From a virus, in the IMG/VR virus record IMGVR_UViG_3300033155_001835, positions 2,603 through 66,602 of that record: DNA of 64,000 bases; one strand, given 5' to 3'. Positions 36,201-46,366 of the stretch are shown here, piece after piece. Position 1 is the stretch's first letter. Every line of letters begins with the position of its first letter. The notes under the pieces were generated by a model. It did no database searches. It saw nothing but the letters and a program-made list of their open reading frames with translations, and was not told the DNA's origin. A program made the translations under genes and the position numbers.

Positions 36201-37757
36201 GAAATGATTGCAGGAGTATTAGGACGACATCCATACATTGGTCCATATAGTTCTCAGGCTGTAAAGTTCCAGATGGTTGCTGGTAGTGATCCAATTGCTA
36301 TGATTAATGAACGTTTACAAAATGCAGTCGCTTTCCAAGGGGAATTAGATGACGCTTCTGTAAATAAGTTTTTGGAGCATTCAAAGCGTGCATATCGGGG
36401 AAGCAAACTGACCCATCGTAGAGCACTTGAGATGGGAGCAGAGAAGCTTGGTAGTCCTATCCGCCTCTCTCCTTTCGTTGGTATAGCTGGTGATGTTGAT
36501 GGCGACGTTATCTCTGCTATGTTTGCTGGTCCACAACTAGAGAAGTCGTTGACTAGCCATATAGATAGCGATGCCGCTTTGCGTGCTTACGAAGAATATT
36601 CAATTAGAAGTCAGGTCTTAAAAGCAAAAGCTGGTCCAGCTGATATCACATTGCGTAAGGCAATGGCTGGAGATGCTATCAAGTTAGGCATCACTGAGGG
36701 CGGCAGACTAGGTAGACTTTCTGTCAGCTTACAGCAGCATCGTGCTGCCTTGTTAGCAGGAGCTGGCGGTTTAACTGATCAAGCTCGTATGGATGCTCTT
36801 GGTTTGCTGGAATGGATGGAGCAAACACCTATTTCTGGTAAACACATCAAGACTGGTTCAGAAGCACAAATGATTCACTTGTTAGATGATATTCAAGAAT
36901 CACTTGATAAGAAGTCGGCGAATGGTATATCTGATGCAGCTAATAGAGTGATGACTGAAGCTAAGATGACAGGTAAGCGAGCTTTGAGACAAGGTTTTAC
37001 AATCGCAATGGAAGATATCGATACAGGTGAAGTCACTACGCGTTTTATTCGTGGTACAGATATCGACAAAACAGCTAAGAACATTATGAAAGCTAGTGGT
37101 GCTTTCGAAGCTTCTGCTTCAGGTCGCGCTTCAGCAGCTAGATTGCGTGAGATGATTATGGGCAGAGGTGGATTCTCTACAGGACAAGAAGCCGCCCAAG
37201 TGATGGACCCTCGTGTATTAGAGCAGTCGCCAATGGGAGGCTTGTTCTCTCGTGTGACTGAAGAGACCAGCACTTTTTCTAACCTAGCTAATCGAGGTCA
37301 GGCACTTTCAAACAAGGTGGGAGCCGCTGGACGTTCTATGTTAAAGCATGCTCGCCCTCTTGCAATTGGTACTGGCTTAGGATTAGGTCTTGCAGCAGTA
37401 TTGAGTGAGCCTCCTCGCATTCTGCCACCAGGTGCTAATGTTGCACCTACTGGTATAATCAACGCTAATACAGGTGGCTCAAACATGGGTACAGATATAC
37501 ATCCTGAGGGTCATGTACAAGGAGCACCTACAGCCCCATCGCCTATGGGACAAGGCAGTGCACCAGTTGCTCCTGGTTCAGGTTCAGGTTATCGTGTTAA
37601 TATACGTGGCAATACGAATACGAGTATAGATCAGAGGTCGTTAGCACAACAACTACGTGGAGCGGGTGGCGGCAGAGCAAGAGTCAACTCAATAGTCCAT
37701 GATCAGCGTAGTACTATGACCCCTCAAAGACTTTCCTCTATGCTTCGTGGCGATTAA
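33213..37757 (+). CDS. Large virion protein with two-barrel RNA polymerase-like motifs (1514 aa)
   Basis: AGGAGG RBS; EGQLLIS, KVFGGAKG, GRHP, GDVDGD (36489-36506), LGRL..QTPISGKHIKTG in RNAP order; C-terminal glycine-rich hydrophobic helix. Confidence 0.6.
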   Translation: MANEEGSGVLQKAAFIVPTAVGVRASYLSAKNAGAFSSFGQPVVPIQQANAAVQEFASKYLADDPALTRSINKWHLDAIQDMSTGTKLSADEVRSSILRASRLSDPTGGLTNFFQARLAYGATGEEVLSDLTRALRENNSIYAQRATNIFLEDLNVMEEMVDRGVPTQTTAFTERVNQSKVRVNVSSLDDIMRADIARIEELTGASVSIKQVSRPGTVLGAELHMKLSGLTFAGQEKPGSLTLRIPRPLPDQPGMIVRGTTQQSRYIAGTYGLVDEGMLIQSFNHEQWNLRRAAEDLIPSMMREKRLTQRAAWGMVGEFEKRMMEAPEWIPSIDPGVHAGVEEYVNMRSQVQRLWAVGDEPNTVRALTEFEYAGLMERGGVNLPDGGLKPLYPGHSPAQIAKGVASTVDVRGALSMVPEAVPYGRRPLQFLRSGFTPTDAALEAIESSKTHQYFSWAAADTGISAPMMRAAYVSADLDPRLAGTGVTSEGQLLISNRMRDQRAVNQWQQFDVASDQLQELGDLIKGQTGSKWDINQTLPGGTVLGRGPDGRPVVLPQDMHISTATAFAKDKAKGDFIRVMGMKEIERMRYSKVFGGAKGMAVSVPQQYIEDVLTQHAGMAQSRGDIFSGIDTIITMDELKKNRGLHYNQMFTSLWDFNQQNMKSGMAKGSRFAKTPQAVIAEIRRAVLDADKFDHEKALGRIMGLARKANLTPHQMGRVFGAVPDIFDDLSALGPLSAAEAAEIKSGVATGATQLYFEGLGGPGAGRTATIEPRMFELLGSPHFGSAGLGLQSEVAERMIATYPERFMEQREITKSLRSVMKPGKGTLGEAAGDLLLKMDEEILPLKSTTLGISGVGNIYIPGAAEVSQLSEYQTAAGKGVLSPLGHSYRDVIETAAAYESKDVTADVMQRKLGSLQNALVGARVATVTGTKGALRNRLPGSVFLTAVQPTLTEKLAPNVVGITAPYAEQVFTEMEKLNLYDDFELKRMRLKFLKGEMIAGVLGRHPYIGPYSSQAVKFQMVAGSDPIAMINERLQNAVAFQGELDDASVNKFLEHSKRAYRGSKLTHRRALEMGAEKLGSPIRLSPFVGIAGDVDGDVISAMFAGPQLEKSLTSHIDSDAALRAYEEYSIRSQVLKAKAGPADITLRKAMAGDAIKLGITEGGRLGRLSVSLQQHRAALLAGAGGLTDQARMDALGLLEWMEQTPISGKHIKTGSEAQMIHLLDDIQESLDKKSANGISDAANRVMTEAKMTGKRALRQGFTIAMEDIDTGEVTTRFIRGTDIDKTAKNIMKASGAFEASASGRASAARLREMIMGRGGFSTGQEAAQVMDPRVLEQSPMGGLFSRVTEETSTFSNLANRGQALSNKVGAAGRSMLKHARPLAIGTGLGLGLAAVLSEPPRILPPGANVAPTGIINANTGGSNMGTDIHPEGHVQGAPTAPSPMGQGSAPVAPGSGSGYRVNIRGNTNTSIDQRSLAQQLRGAGGGRARVNSIVHDQRSTMTPQRLSSMLRGD

Positions 37758-37773
37758 TTAAGGAGTTAGGTAA

Positions 37774-40700
37774 TTGGCTAACGCAAAAGCAGCAACCACA
37801 GTAAAATTTAATGGACAACAAACTTTTCCATATCGTCGAGCTGATCCAGGTCGGATCGAAGAAGATGATTTTTACATCAACGATGTTGCTCTTAGTATTC
37901 CTCCAGAAGATATTCATGTTGAAAAACGTGCGTTTAACCATGAATGGCAAACTCTTCGTACACCTATTGCTCGCAAAGCTAAGTCTGGCCATAGTACAGC
38001 GCGTGTAAGTTTTGACATTATTTTCAAAGTTAGTCATCAAGATACAATGCTAAGTTTGATAAACCTTGTAGCAGGCCTACGCGCCGCCCCTTTCTGTGTT
38101 ATCCACAGTCTGTATCTAGAAAGAGTTCTTGGTATACCAGATGCATCTGGACCAATAGCTTCTAACGTGAAACCAACTAACAGAACTATTCAATTTAGAC
38201 CTATCATGCTTGCTCTAGTCAATATGACCTTTTCTACTCTTGGACATGAGAACAAGCCTGACTGTATTCGTGGTTCGTTTGACTTTATGTGGTTTAACTA
38301 TCTACCTTTGACTAAAACTATTGCTTTTAAGGCTGGTCCTTTTCTTGCAACTCCAGGACATGCTTGGGAGTCTCAAATTTGGGCTGAGTTCTATAAGCCA
38401 ATAGCAGCACAATCAAGACCTATCAGTTGGCCTCATGATGAAAATTCTGCAGATCGTTTAACAGAGTTTCAATGGAGAGAGTTTTTAACTGTTCCAAAAG
38501 GAGATCCTACAGGTTCTGAAATAGCAAAGAAACTTGCTGATACTTTGCAAAAGAAACCAAACGCTATTGTTGAAGAGCTGAATATAATTATCGCTGATGC
38601 CCAAAGCAGTGATAGACCAAACCCTGGTTTGCTTACCTCAGGTGTTATGGATGTTCTCGCAAGACGACTTGTTAAGAAGGGCGTTCTTAATCTGAGTGAT
38701 GCTATGCACGCAGCATTAAACGATAAGAAAAAGAAAGGTTTTGTAACAAACACAGCGGGAGATATTCTTTTTCCTCTTTTTCGTGACCTCAATGCTCAAA
38801 AACAAATCACTTCTCGTGATATAGAAAAGATTAAAACAGCTGTTGCTACACTCTCTCAACGTTCAAAGAAGCTTCAAGGTATTGCACAAAGAGGAGACAT
38901 AGGTGCAAGGTTTGCAGGTGAAGGCTCATACAAGAAACTACTTGATAAGGATACAATACTTGGTAAGGGCGGTGCTAAATTTAGCACTGGTGGCCTTCAG
39001 CTTTACGGACGCAAGAAGAACTATTTTGTTAACCATAGTTTGGAACAGAACAATGCGTTCAAAGAACAGCCAGCTACTATCCAGCAGATTGTTGTTAGTT
39101 TTGAAAATGTTCTAGCCTCTATTCCGATGGTTGGTTACAGGTATCCTCTTCTGCAACATGTTGGAAGTATGGATGCCCGCGTTTCGATTTTAATCAACGC
39201 AAGAAACAAAGCTGCTGGCGAGATCAATAGTATGTACGACAGCATTGAGACTATGGCTTTGCGTTACAAGCAGATTCCAGCAGGTTTCACTAACCTTTAT
39301 ATCAGAAATGATTTTCTTGGATTGTTTGGTTTGAGTGAATTTGTCACAGAACAAATCACTACTGAAACTTTACCTGCCCAGCCTGGACGTAGCATAGTAT
39401 CACTTGGATTAACCTTGGCAGGTATCACTTCAAGCACTCGCGTGCAAGACCCTGAAGACCTACAAGAAGAACGTGTAACAGGAGATGTAGGTGTCTTTAA
39501 GGTTGCTTGGAAAATCATCAACAATAATCTTGCTCCAACAGGTGCAGGCGCTGGGAAAATCACTCCTGTTGTGCCTCCTGATAGCACAGCCTATAAGATT
39601 GCCAGTGAAGTATTATTTCCAGGTTTTGGTTCTAGTGTACGACTAGTGTTACGAGGACCGAAGCAAGGTTTTGGTAGCAGAAGGAACAAACCAATTGAAG
39701 CAGAATACTACATGAGAAAGGTTAGTAAAACGACAGGAGCTAAAAGGAGTGCTGCTTATTACAGTGTTGTTGCAGAAGCACGAGAAGCTTACAACGAGTT
39801 TGTAAATCAAATACATAGCAGGATTTGGAAGAATGATTCTACAGATGGCAATAAGTATTATCATGCTTTGTTGCAACTAAAAGAAGAAACCAAGGGTTGG
39901 GGATATGTCCCTGGCATTAATCAAATTGTGAAAGACGTTAATGCTCGTGCTAGTGCTTATCGAGCTGATGGCAGTTCGAGAACAAGTCTTCGTAGTGCTG
40001 GCGCAAAGCAAGACAAACAAGCTTTGAAACAGCAAATAGCTGCGCTTCGAATTGCATCTAAAATCAAAGGTAAGAAATATGTTGATAACGGTGACTCAAG
40101 AGGCATGACTAGAGGACCTGCACTTACTCCTTTTGCAAGCGGACAAGTAGGTCATTTGAAAGATACTTTGAATCAGCAACAGCAACGCATTACAGAGTTA
40201 GGTTTGAATAAATACCTGCTTAAGATGCGCAAGATTTTTGCTAAGGTCACTGGTGAACTACGTACTCTAGATGAGTTCAAGGATGTATCTGAAATTGTTC
40301 ATTCTAAAGGTTTAGGCAAAGGTTTGATGGCCTATCCAGATTTCAAATCTCAGCTCTCTTCTGTTGCTGGCCATTACGAAGGCAAAACCAGTAACGGTAT
40401 CCTTATGAAGTACGAGCCTGATTGTTATTTCTGGGATCCTGTAACTAACGGAGGAGCTAGTAGTCCACTCAACGGCATCATCGACGACTATACTCTTGTA
40501 GAAGCTAAGCGTTATAGTTTAGAAATTTGGAAGAACGCACAACAATCAGTAGATGGTTTCTTCAAAACTAAATATTTAGATGCTCTTCGTGACCCAACAC
40601 ATCTTGGTCCATACGATGTCTTAACAAAAGACTTCTCTGGCACTGAACTAGCTAAGCCTTTCTATGAAAATACAGACATAGTTAATGCTACTAGAGGCGA

Positions 40701-43700
40701 AGGTGTGTCTATTTCTAAGAGTGTGGTCTGTGATCCAAACGCTAAGTTTCCTGTGAACTGGTACCCTTCTGATGCTTCAGAACGAGTAATCAAAAGTGAT
40801 CAGATGCAACTACACACGACAAATATGAACCAACTGTGGACAGGAGTAAGCCAGTCTGCAGGTGGGGCTGGCCAGGGCGGCTCTCCTGGACCTACTTCTG
40901 GTCAAGTTACTCAGGCCCCTGCTGGTGGAAAGACACCTGCTGCTGGTCCTGCACAACAAAATGTTCCTGCATTGCCAGCTACCTCTGGAGCACTTGCCAA
41001 GAAAAATAAATGGCCAAAACTCAATGAGTTGAGAACAGAAGTGCAACCTTTGTTTGAAAGTTTGTTAGATCAGTTGAAAGCTCTTGGTTACTATCCAAAA
41101 ATCAAGGAAGCGTATCGATCTGGTAGAAGGCAAAAACAGTTAGCTGAGACAACAGAGTATGCAGGTAAAGGCAAGAATGCAGGCCGAGCAGGCGCACACA
41201 CATGGGGTCTTGCTGCTGATATTATCAACAATGTCAAAGGGTATGCTTACAGTCCAAATCCAGCTAATGCAAAGTTCTTTTTAGCTATGCGTAAGATTGC
41301 TAACTCACTAGGTCTTGTCGGTGTTAGTAGAATAGCAAAGAAAGGTCAGCATGGTTATGGCTTTGCTAAGTTCGGTGTAGTCTGGGATCCTGCACACATA
41401 CAAGTTCCTTGGAACCAGACTCAAAAAGGATGGAAACGAGACGTAATGAAAGAGCATGGTAGCAACCGTGTTCCTAATGCTCAGAGTCGCAGATACCGTC
41501 CAAAGGCAAAACAACGTACTGATGCTTACAAGAAAGAACAATTAAACACTAATGTTACCTCTACTCTTTCTTCTCCGATGAGAGAGTCAATCCGTGCATT
41601 TGAAGATGACTTGTTGAACGGCCAAGCTCAATCTATGATGCGAGCTTATCCTACTTTCAAACTCTACTTCATTGAAGATGACTCTAATGCTCGTAGACGT
41701 TTAGCTTTCGACGACTTCTTCTCTTATGGAGCAGTACAGTCTATCCGTGTAGTCCGTAGTAGAAAGATTGCTGCTGACTATTGTGAATTAATGCTTACCA
41801 ACATCTCTGGTGTATTAAGTAATCGCAAGTTTAGACAAGATCGAAAGGGCCAGGATCAACCTCATGCTCCTAGTGGCCAAGTAACTACAGAAGCTAAGAG
41901 TGCAATGAAAGCTGATACCAGGCAAGAGAACCCTATTGCATCTTTGTTGTTACAGGAAGGTATTGATATTCATCTTAGAATGGGATACACATCAGACCCT
42001 GATAGATTAGCTGTAGTTTTCAACGGCACTATTGTTGAAGTTCAGTTCTCTGAAACTGAAGACCTGGTACGTGTGGTAGCTCAGAGTCATGCTATTGAGC
42101 TTGTCCAGGATATCAAAGGTATTGAAAAGCCAAAAACTAAAAGTTCGTTTCATTCGTTTGGTTGGGACTTCTGGGGTTTCTCTAATGATGCATCTACAGG
42201 ACGTATTTTAGAGGAGATGTTAGCTGAGCCTGAAGTTCTCCATTTTGGACGTTGGACACCGTTTGGTGCTGGTGGTGGGTTTGGAGGTACAGCAGCCAGA
42301 GATTTGTTGACTCAACGTTGGACATGGAATCCTCGTCCTGCTGATGACAATATTTTTGCACCTGGGCCAAAGCAAGATATGAAACAGCTTGGTACAAAAG
42401 GAATATCACATACTGGGTTCTTTACTTTCTTTGAAAAGATGCAGTACATTATCTATCGTACTACCATTTGGGACATCTTCCAGGAGATGACTTTACGTCA
42501 TCCTAATTTTATTACCTCTCCTGTTCCTTATAGTGACAAGGGTAGTGAACGTATGACGATGTTCTTTGGTTTACCAAACCAGCTTTATTTTGCTCGTCAT
42601 CCAACTGCCGATGAAGAAAGGAAAGATGCAAAACTAACAAGACTTCAGGATAAAGTAATTGCTAATGTGATGGACAACGCTAGTAGGCAGTTCCAAAAGA
42701 AGTCTCTTTTTGGTAAGGTTCCTGGTGCTATCTCTTGGTTCGGTACTGTTCTTGCTCCTAGTGTTTCTACTAAGCTTGCTAAACCATTAGCAGACTATAC
42801 TGTTAGTACTGCAATACGCCATAGCCCAGCAGGCAAGGTTATTCAGAATGTAGTATCCAACTTTTATCGTCAAGCACGACTTGAAGCTGCAAAGCAAGCT
42901 GGATATATCAAGCCGTTCAGACAGTACCATTTGGTCACAAGTAGTAACCATATCATTTCGAACAATATCCGTGCTAGCAAACGTGATGTAGCTAACACTA
43001 TTGTAATCAAATATGGTAAAGAAGTTAAGATTCAGAAAGCAAGCGGCGACAAGATCGATGGTGTTTCTATCAAGGGTGAGGAGCAAGAGTTCACACTTAA
43101 GCTTGATTGTGCATTGCCTACAGAAGAGATCCGTACCCAAATGGGACAGTTCATCAACGTTACCAATGAAGAGTTAGCTAAGCGTTATGCTCTCGGCCTA
43201 CTTATACGTAATCTGAAAGACATTTACAAAGGTGAATTGATTATTGTAGGTAACCCAAGTATCAAACCATACGATGTGTGTTATATTTTTGATGAATATA
43301 CAGACATGATTGGTGCTGTCGAGGTTGAAGAAGTACAGCATGTGTTTGACCAACATCATGGTTTCCGTACTGAGATTAAACCAGACATGTTGGTACAAGC
43401 AGCCGAGTGGTCTTTGATGAGCACTAACGAAGCAGCAGGTGTTGTTATGGAAGGAGCCCTTCGCAACGTATTTGGTACAACTGGCGCTAGCATAGGCAAG
43501 CAGGTAACCAAGGGTCTTGTTGGTGGCCGCGACAGTGGGTTAGCTGGAGCTGCTGCTTCTATTCTTTCTTTCGGTACTGGCCTTACTACGTTAGGTGGGT
43601 TCTTGGGTAAAAAGATTGTGAATTATACTCAGCTAGCACATCCTGTCGTAATGTCTCCTCTTAAGCATCATGGTAGAATATTTGCAGGTGGCGTACCAAC

Positions 43701-43881
43701 ACGTAAGATTCCTACTTCTGTCTGGGATACTATGTTCGGCAAATGGGATTCTGCTATCGATATTGGATACGAAGATTGGACAGAAGATTGGTGGGATAGT
43801 ATCAGTGGTTGGACAAGAGACAAGGTTGGAGCTAATTCAGTAGGAAGCTTCTTCCACAACGGTGGAGAAACATTGGAGTAA
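37774..43881 (+). CDS. Baseplate hub-like protein with M15 peptidoglycan peptidase domain (2035 aa)
   Basis: EAYRS..Q..HTWGLAADI..DPAHIQ (about 41100-41410). C-terminal GELIIVGNPSIKPYD..VQHVF is gp27/hub-like. Confidence 0.75.
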   Translation: MANAKAATTVKFNGQQTFPYRRADPGRIEEDDFYINDVALSIPPEDIHVEKRAFNHEWQTLRTPIARKAKSGHSTARVSFDIIFKVSHQDTMLSLINLVAGLRAAPFCVIHSLYLERVLGIPDASGPIASNVKPTNRTIQFRPIMLALVNMTFSTLGHENKPDCIRGSFDFMWFNYLPLTKTIAFKAGPFLATPGHAWESQIWAEFYKPIAAQSRPISWPHDENSADRLTEFQWREFLTVPKGDPTGSEIAKKLADTLQKKPNAIVEELNIIIADAQSSDRPNPGLLTSGVMDVLARRLVKKGVLNLSDAMHAALNDKKKKGFVTNTAGDILFPLFRDLNAQKQITSRDIEKIKTAVATLSQRSKKLQGIAQRGDIGARFAGEGSYKKLLDKDTILGKGGAKFSTGGLQLYGRKKNYFVNHSLEQNNAFKEQPATIQQIVVSFENVLASIPMVGYRYPLLQHVGSMDARVSILINARNKAAGEINSMYDSIETMALRYKQIPAGFTNLYIRNDFLGLFGLSEFVTEQITTETLPAQPGRSIVSLGLTLAGITSSTRVQDPEDLQEERVTGDVGVFKVAWKIINNNLAPTGAGAGKITPVVPPDSTAYKIASEVLFPGFGSSVRLVLRGPKQGFGSRRNKPIEAEYYMRKVSKTTGAKRSAAYYSVVAEAREAYNEFVNQIHSRIWKNDSTDGNKYYHALLQLKEETKGWGYVPGINQIVKDVNARASAYRADGSSRTSLRSAGAKQDKQALKQQIAALRIASKIKGKKYVDNGDSRGMTRGPALTPFASGQVGHLKDTLNQQQQRITELGLNKYLLKMRKIFAKVTGELRTLDEFKDVSEIVHSKGLGKGLMAYPDFKSQLSSVAGHYEGKTSNGILMKYEPDCYFWDPVTNGGASSPLNGIIDDYTLVEAKRYSLEIWKNAQQSVDGFFKTKYLDALRDPTHLGPYDVLTKDFSGTELAKPFYENTDIVNATRGEGVSISKSVVCDPNAKFPVNWYPSDASERVIKSDQMQLHTTNMNQLWTGVSQSAGGAGQGGSPGPTSGQVTQAPAGGKTPAAGPAQQNVPALPATSGALAKKNKWPKLNELRTEVQPLFESLLDQLKALGYYPKIKEAYRSGRRQKQLAETTEYAGKGKNAGRAGAHTWGLAADIINNVKGYAYSPNPANAKFFLAMRKIANSLGLVGVSRIAKKGQHGYGFAKFGVVWDPAHIQVPWNQTQKGWKRDVMKEHGSNRVPNAQSRRYRPKAKQRTDAYKKEQLNTNVTSTLSSPMRESIRAFEDDLLNGQAQSMMRAYPTFKLYFIEDDSNARRRLAFDDFFSYGAVQSIRVVRSRKIAADYCELMLTNISGVLSNRKFRQDRKGQDQPHAPSGQVTTEAKSAMKADTRQENPIASLLLQEGIDIHLRMGYTSDPDRLAVVFNGTIVEVQFSETEDLVRVVAQSHAIELVQDIKGIEKPKTKSSFHSFGWDFWGFSNDASTGRILEEMLAEPEVLHFGRWTPFGAGGGFGGTAARDLLTQRWTWNPRPADDNIFAPGPKQDMKQLGTKGISHTGFFTFFEKMQYIIYRTTIWDIFQEMTLRHPNFITSPVPYSDKGSERMTMFFGLPNQLYFARHPTADEERKDAKLTRLQDKVIANVMDNASRQFQKKSLFGKVPGAISWFGTVLAPSVSTKLAKPLADYTVSTAIRHSPAGKVIQNVVSNFYRQARLEAAKQAGYIKPFRQYHLVTSSNHIISNNIRASKRDVANTIVIKYGKEVKIQKASGDKIDGVSIKGEEQEFTLKLDCALPTEEIRTQMGQFINVTNEELAKRYALGLLIRNLKDIYKGELIIVGNPSIKPYDVCYIFDEYTDMIGAVEVEEVQHVFDQHHGFRTEIKPDMLVQAAEWSLMSTNEAAGVVMEGALRNVFGTTGASIGKQVTKGLVGGRDSGLAGAAASILSFGTGLTTLGGFLGKKIVNYTQLAHPVVMSPLKHHGRIFAGGVPTRKIPTSVWDTMFGKWDSAIDIGYEDWTEDWWDSISGWTRDKVGANSVGSFFHNGGETLE

Positions 43882-43883
43882 TT

Positions 43884-44306
43884 ATGTCAAGTACAGGAAC
43901 CGTATTTCAAACTAGAGCAAGTGTGTCTGAATTTGGTGAGTCAAGTCGTCGTACAGAAAGCGATATTGGCGCTGCGCCAGGTATAGAAGGTACTCCACAT
44001 CGCACATCTGGAACAGTTAACAAAGTGCATGATACAAAACCTCGACTTGTAAAAGCTAACGATGAAGATGGTTCTCCTTTAGCTAATGGTAGATGGATTC
44101 ATTTAGATCACAGTGCTGGAGAGATTGCAGAAAGATGGGGTACTGTCAGGGTAGGCTTTAAGGTTCGAGTTACTTCAACTGGTCCAGCAGGTGGTTCAGC
44201 TGATGCGAAAGTTATTGGTGCAGAAAATGAAGACGTAGAAGAGTCCCATGTTCCTAATGATGCTGCAACTGGTTTGTGGGCTATCTTTCATGGTCATTTC
44301 GCATAG
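43884..44306 (+). CDS. Putative baseplate spike N-terminal OB-fold-like protein
   Basis: Follows the hub; GTVNKVH..RWIHL..VGFKVRV pattern. Confidence 0.45.
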   Translation: MSSTGTVFQTRASVSEFGESSRRTESDIGAAPGIEGTPHRTSGTVNKVHDTKPRLVKANDEDGSPLANGRWIHLDHSAGEIAERWGTVRVGFKVRVTSTGPAGGSADAKVIGAENEDVEESHVPNDAATGLWAIFHGHFA

Positions 44307-44314
44307 AGGTTAAA

Positions 44315-44644
44315 ATGGCAAATCCAAAAACTAGAGTGTTTCGTGTAAGCAGTTCTTCCAAGGCGGCTATCGTTATTGAAGACGAACAGGTTCGTATGAT
44401 TGGAAACAAGGATCACTTCATTGTATGTGATGGTAAGGGTATTTCAATGAAGGGTCCAGTAAGTTTCATTAGCGACTCTATGTCTAGACGTACACTCGGA
44501 GTCTTTGCTGGTATCAATGATTTTTTAGAACAGATTCCTCAAACAATCATTACACCTATTCCATCTAAGATACCTTTTCCGCCTGTCTTTATTTTGAAGA
44601 ACGTAGTTCAGGATATAGCTTTCTTTCTAGCTCTACTCGTATAG
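44315..44644 (+). CDS. Putative spike-associated protein
   Basis: Start reassigned to ATG 44315 (GAGG RBS); short beta repeats followed by a Pro-rich tail. Confidence 0.45.
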   Translation: MANPKTRVFRVSSSSKAAIVIEDEQVRMIGNKDHFIVCDGKGISMKGPVSFISDSMSRRTLGVFAGINDFLEQIPQTIITPIPSKIPFPPVFILKNVVQDIAFFLALLV

Positions 44645-44654
44645 GAGGAGTACA

Positions 44655-45125
44655 TTGCCAGGATTTTATGATGACATAGATGTTGCTTTTGGATGGAACG
44701 GAGATCTCAATCTTGGTCATGATGGAGATATTGAAAGCACAAAGAGTAATGGTTTACAATCATTACTGGATCAAATCCATTCTATTTCAGCATCAACCTT
44801 GTTGGATTGGAAAGTATACCCTAACAGAGGTCTTGGTTTGGATGACTTTATAGGTGAACCAAATACACGTTATCAAGCTGACCGCATTCATGACAGAGTT
44901 CGTTTAGGACTTACTAGTGCGGGTCTTGTGGCTGAAGAAGATTTGCAGGTTCGGGTAGTTCCGGTTCATATTCACAAGGTGCTTATTCTTATCAAAATCA
45001 ATGCTATTTCAACCGCTTATAATCAGTTGCAGGATGGAGAGTTTTTACAAACTGCAATTGTTTTTGACTCAATGGAACAACAAGTCTTTTTCTTAGATAA
45101 GACGCCTGAACTTATTTCACAGTAG
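44655..45125 (+). CDS. Baseplate wedge protein, gp25-like
   Basis: GDL..GDI, YPNRGLGLDDFIGEPN; precedes the J-like gene. Confidence 0.75.
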   Translation: MPGFYDDIDVAFGWNGDLNLGHDGDIESTKSNGLQSLLDQIHSISASTLLDWKVYPNRGLGLDDFIGEPNTRYQADRIHDRVRLGLTSAGLVAEEDLQVRVVPVHIHKVLILIKINAISTAYNQLQDGEFLQTAIVFDSMEQQVFFLDKTPELISQ

Positions 45126-45136
45126 GAGTGGATTAA

Positions 45137-46363
45137 ATGCCTTTGTTTGCTAGAAGTTACCAAGAGTTGATGGCTGATTCTCTAGAAGATTTAGCTAACA
45201 ATACAAACATTACCAAGTTATCGGCTGGTGGTATCGCTAGAGCTTTACTCGAAGCTATGAATACAAGACTAGCTGAAGCGTATGAGATCTTTGATCTTAA
45301 CATGGCTCGTGCTTTTGTTTCTTCTGCTCCAGGTCAGTTCCTAGAGTTGATTGGTACTCTTCTCGGTGTAGAAAGAGAGCCATCTTTTGCTGCTAATGCA
45401 GATGCAGATACACAGGTTATCAAGTTCTATGTTAACACTGGAACCTTTGGTGCATTGAATGGTGGCAACGATATCACTCTTTTGCAGGGTACTGTAATTT
45501 CTACACTAGCAAGCAATGGTGGTATCTTATATAAAACTACAGAGACAGTCACTTTAAATGTTGCTGATACAGATCAGTGGGTTGGTGCAATAGCTGTACA
45601 ACCAGGTGAGGATGCTAATGTGGGTACTAGCGTTCTTGTTTATCACGACTTCACTAATTATACCGACAGTGACAATAGCACATTGTTGGTAACGAATGTA
45701 CACCAAATTGCTAATGGCAAGAATTTCGAATCTGATGCTAATTATCGTTACCGTATTGTGAACAAAGCCCTTGAGGCTGAAGCAGCTAACAATACTGCGA
45801 TTAGGTTGGCTGTGCTTTCCACCCCAGGAGTCGCTGACGCCGTGCTCCTGCCGCGTTACAGAGGTATTGGTACCGTGGGTGTCATTATTCAGTCTGTCCT
45901 TCCTACAGTCTCTGATAGCCTTATAGACGCAGTTACTGCTAACGTGTTTAAGGTACAAGCACTAGGTGACCTTACTTTTATTCGTAAGCCATTTGAGACA
46001 GGGGTTACCATGAAGGTGACTGTACATTATGACCAGCAACTAACTGAAGAGGAGCTTCAGGAAATAGAAAATCTTTTGGAAGATGCAATCATCGAGTATA
46101 TTAATGAACTTGATATTGGTGAAGACTTTTTTATTAATCGTTTAGCTGCCGACCTTTTTGCTGTCTCAGACCACATCGCTAATCTGGGTGAGCCAGGTAT
46201 TCCTTTCGACGAAGTATATGTGTGGACAGAGTCTAAACTAGAAGACAATAGAATGCGTCAAAAGCTTTTGGCAGACTATGAATCAGAAGATGATGAGAGG
46301 GTTATTGTAGAACCTACTGTAGCAACACCATTTACATTTATTCGTTCTTTCGTGAGGCGGTAA
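45137..46363 (+). CDS. Baseplate J-like protein
   Basis: GGIARALLE, APGQFLELIG, ESDANYRYRI, PGVADA. Confidence 0.88.
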   Translation: MPLFARSYQELMADSLEDLANNTNITKLSAGGIARALLEAMNTRLAEAYEIFDLNMARAFVSSAPGQFLELIGTLLGVEREPSFAANADADTQVIKFYVNTGTFGALNGGNDITLLQGTVISTLASNGGILYKTTETVTLNVADTDQWVGAIAVQPGEDANVGTSVLVYHDFTNYTDSDNSTLLVTNVHQIANGKNFESDANYRYRIVNKALEAEAANNTAIRLAVLSTPGVADAVLLPRYRGIGTVGVIIQSVLPTVSDSLIDAVTANVFKVQALGDLTFIRKPFETGVTMKVTVHYDQQLTEEELQEIENLLEDAIIEYINELDIGEDFFINRLAADLFAVSDHIANLGEPGIPFDEVYVWTESKLEDNRMRQKLLADYESEDDERVIVEPTVATPFTFIRSFVRR

Positions 46364-46366
46364 TCA

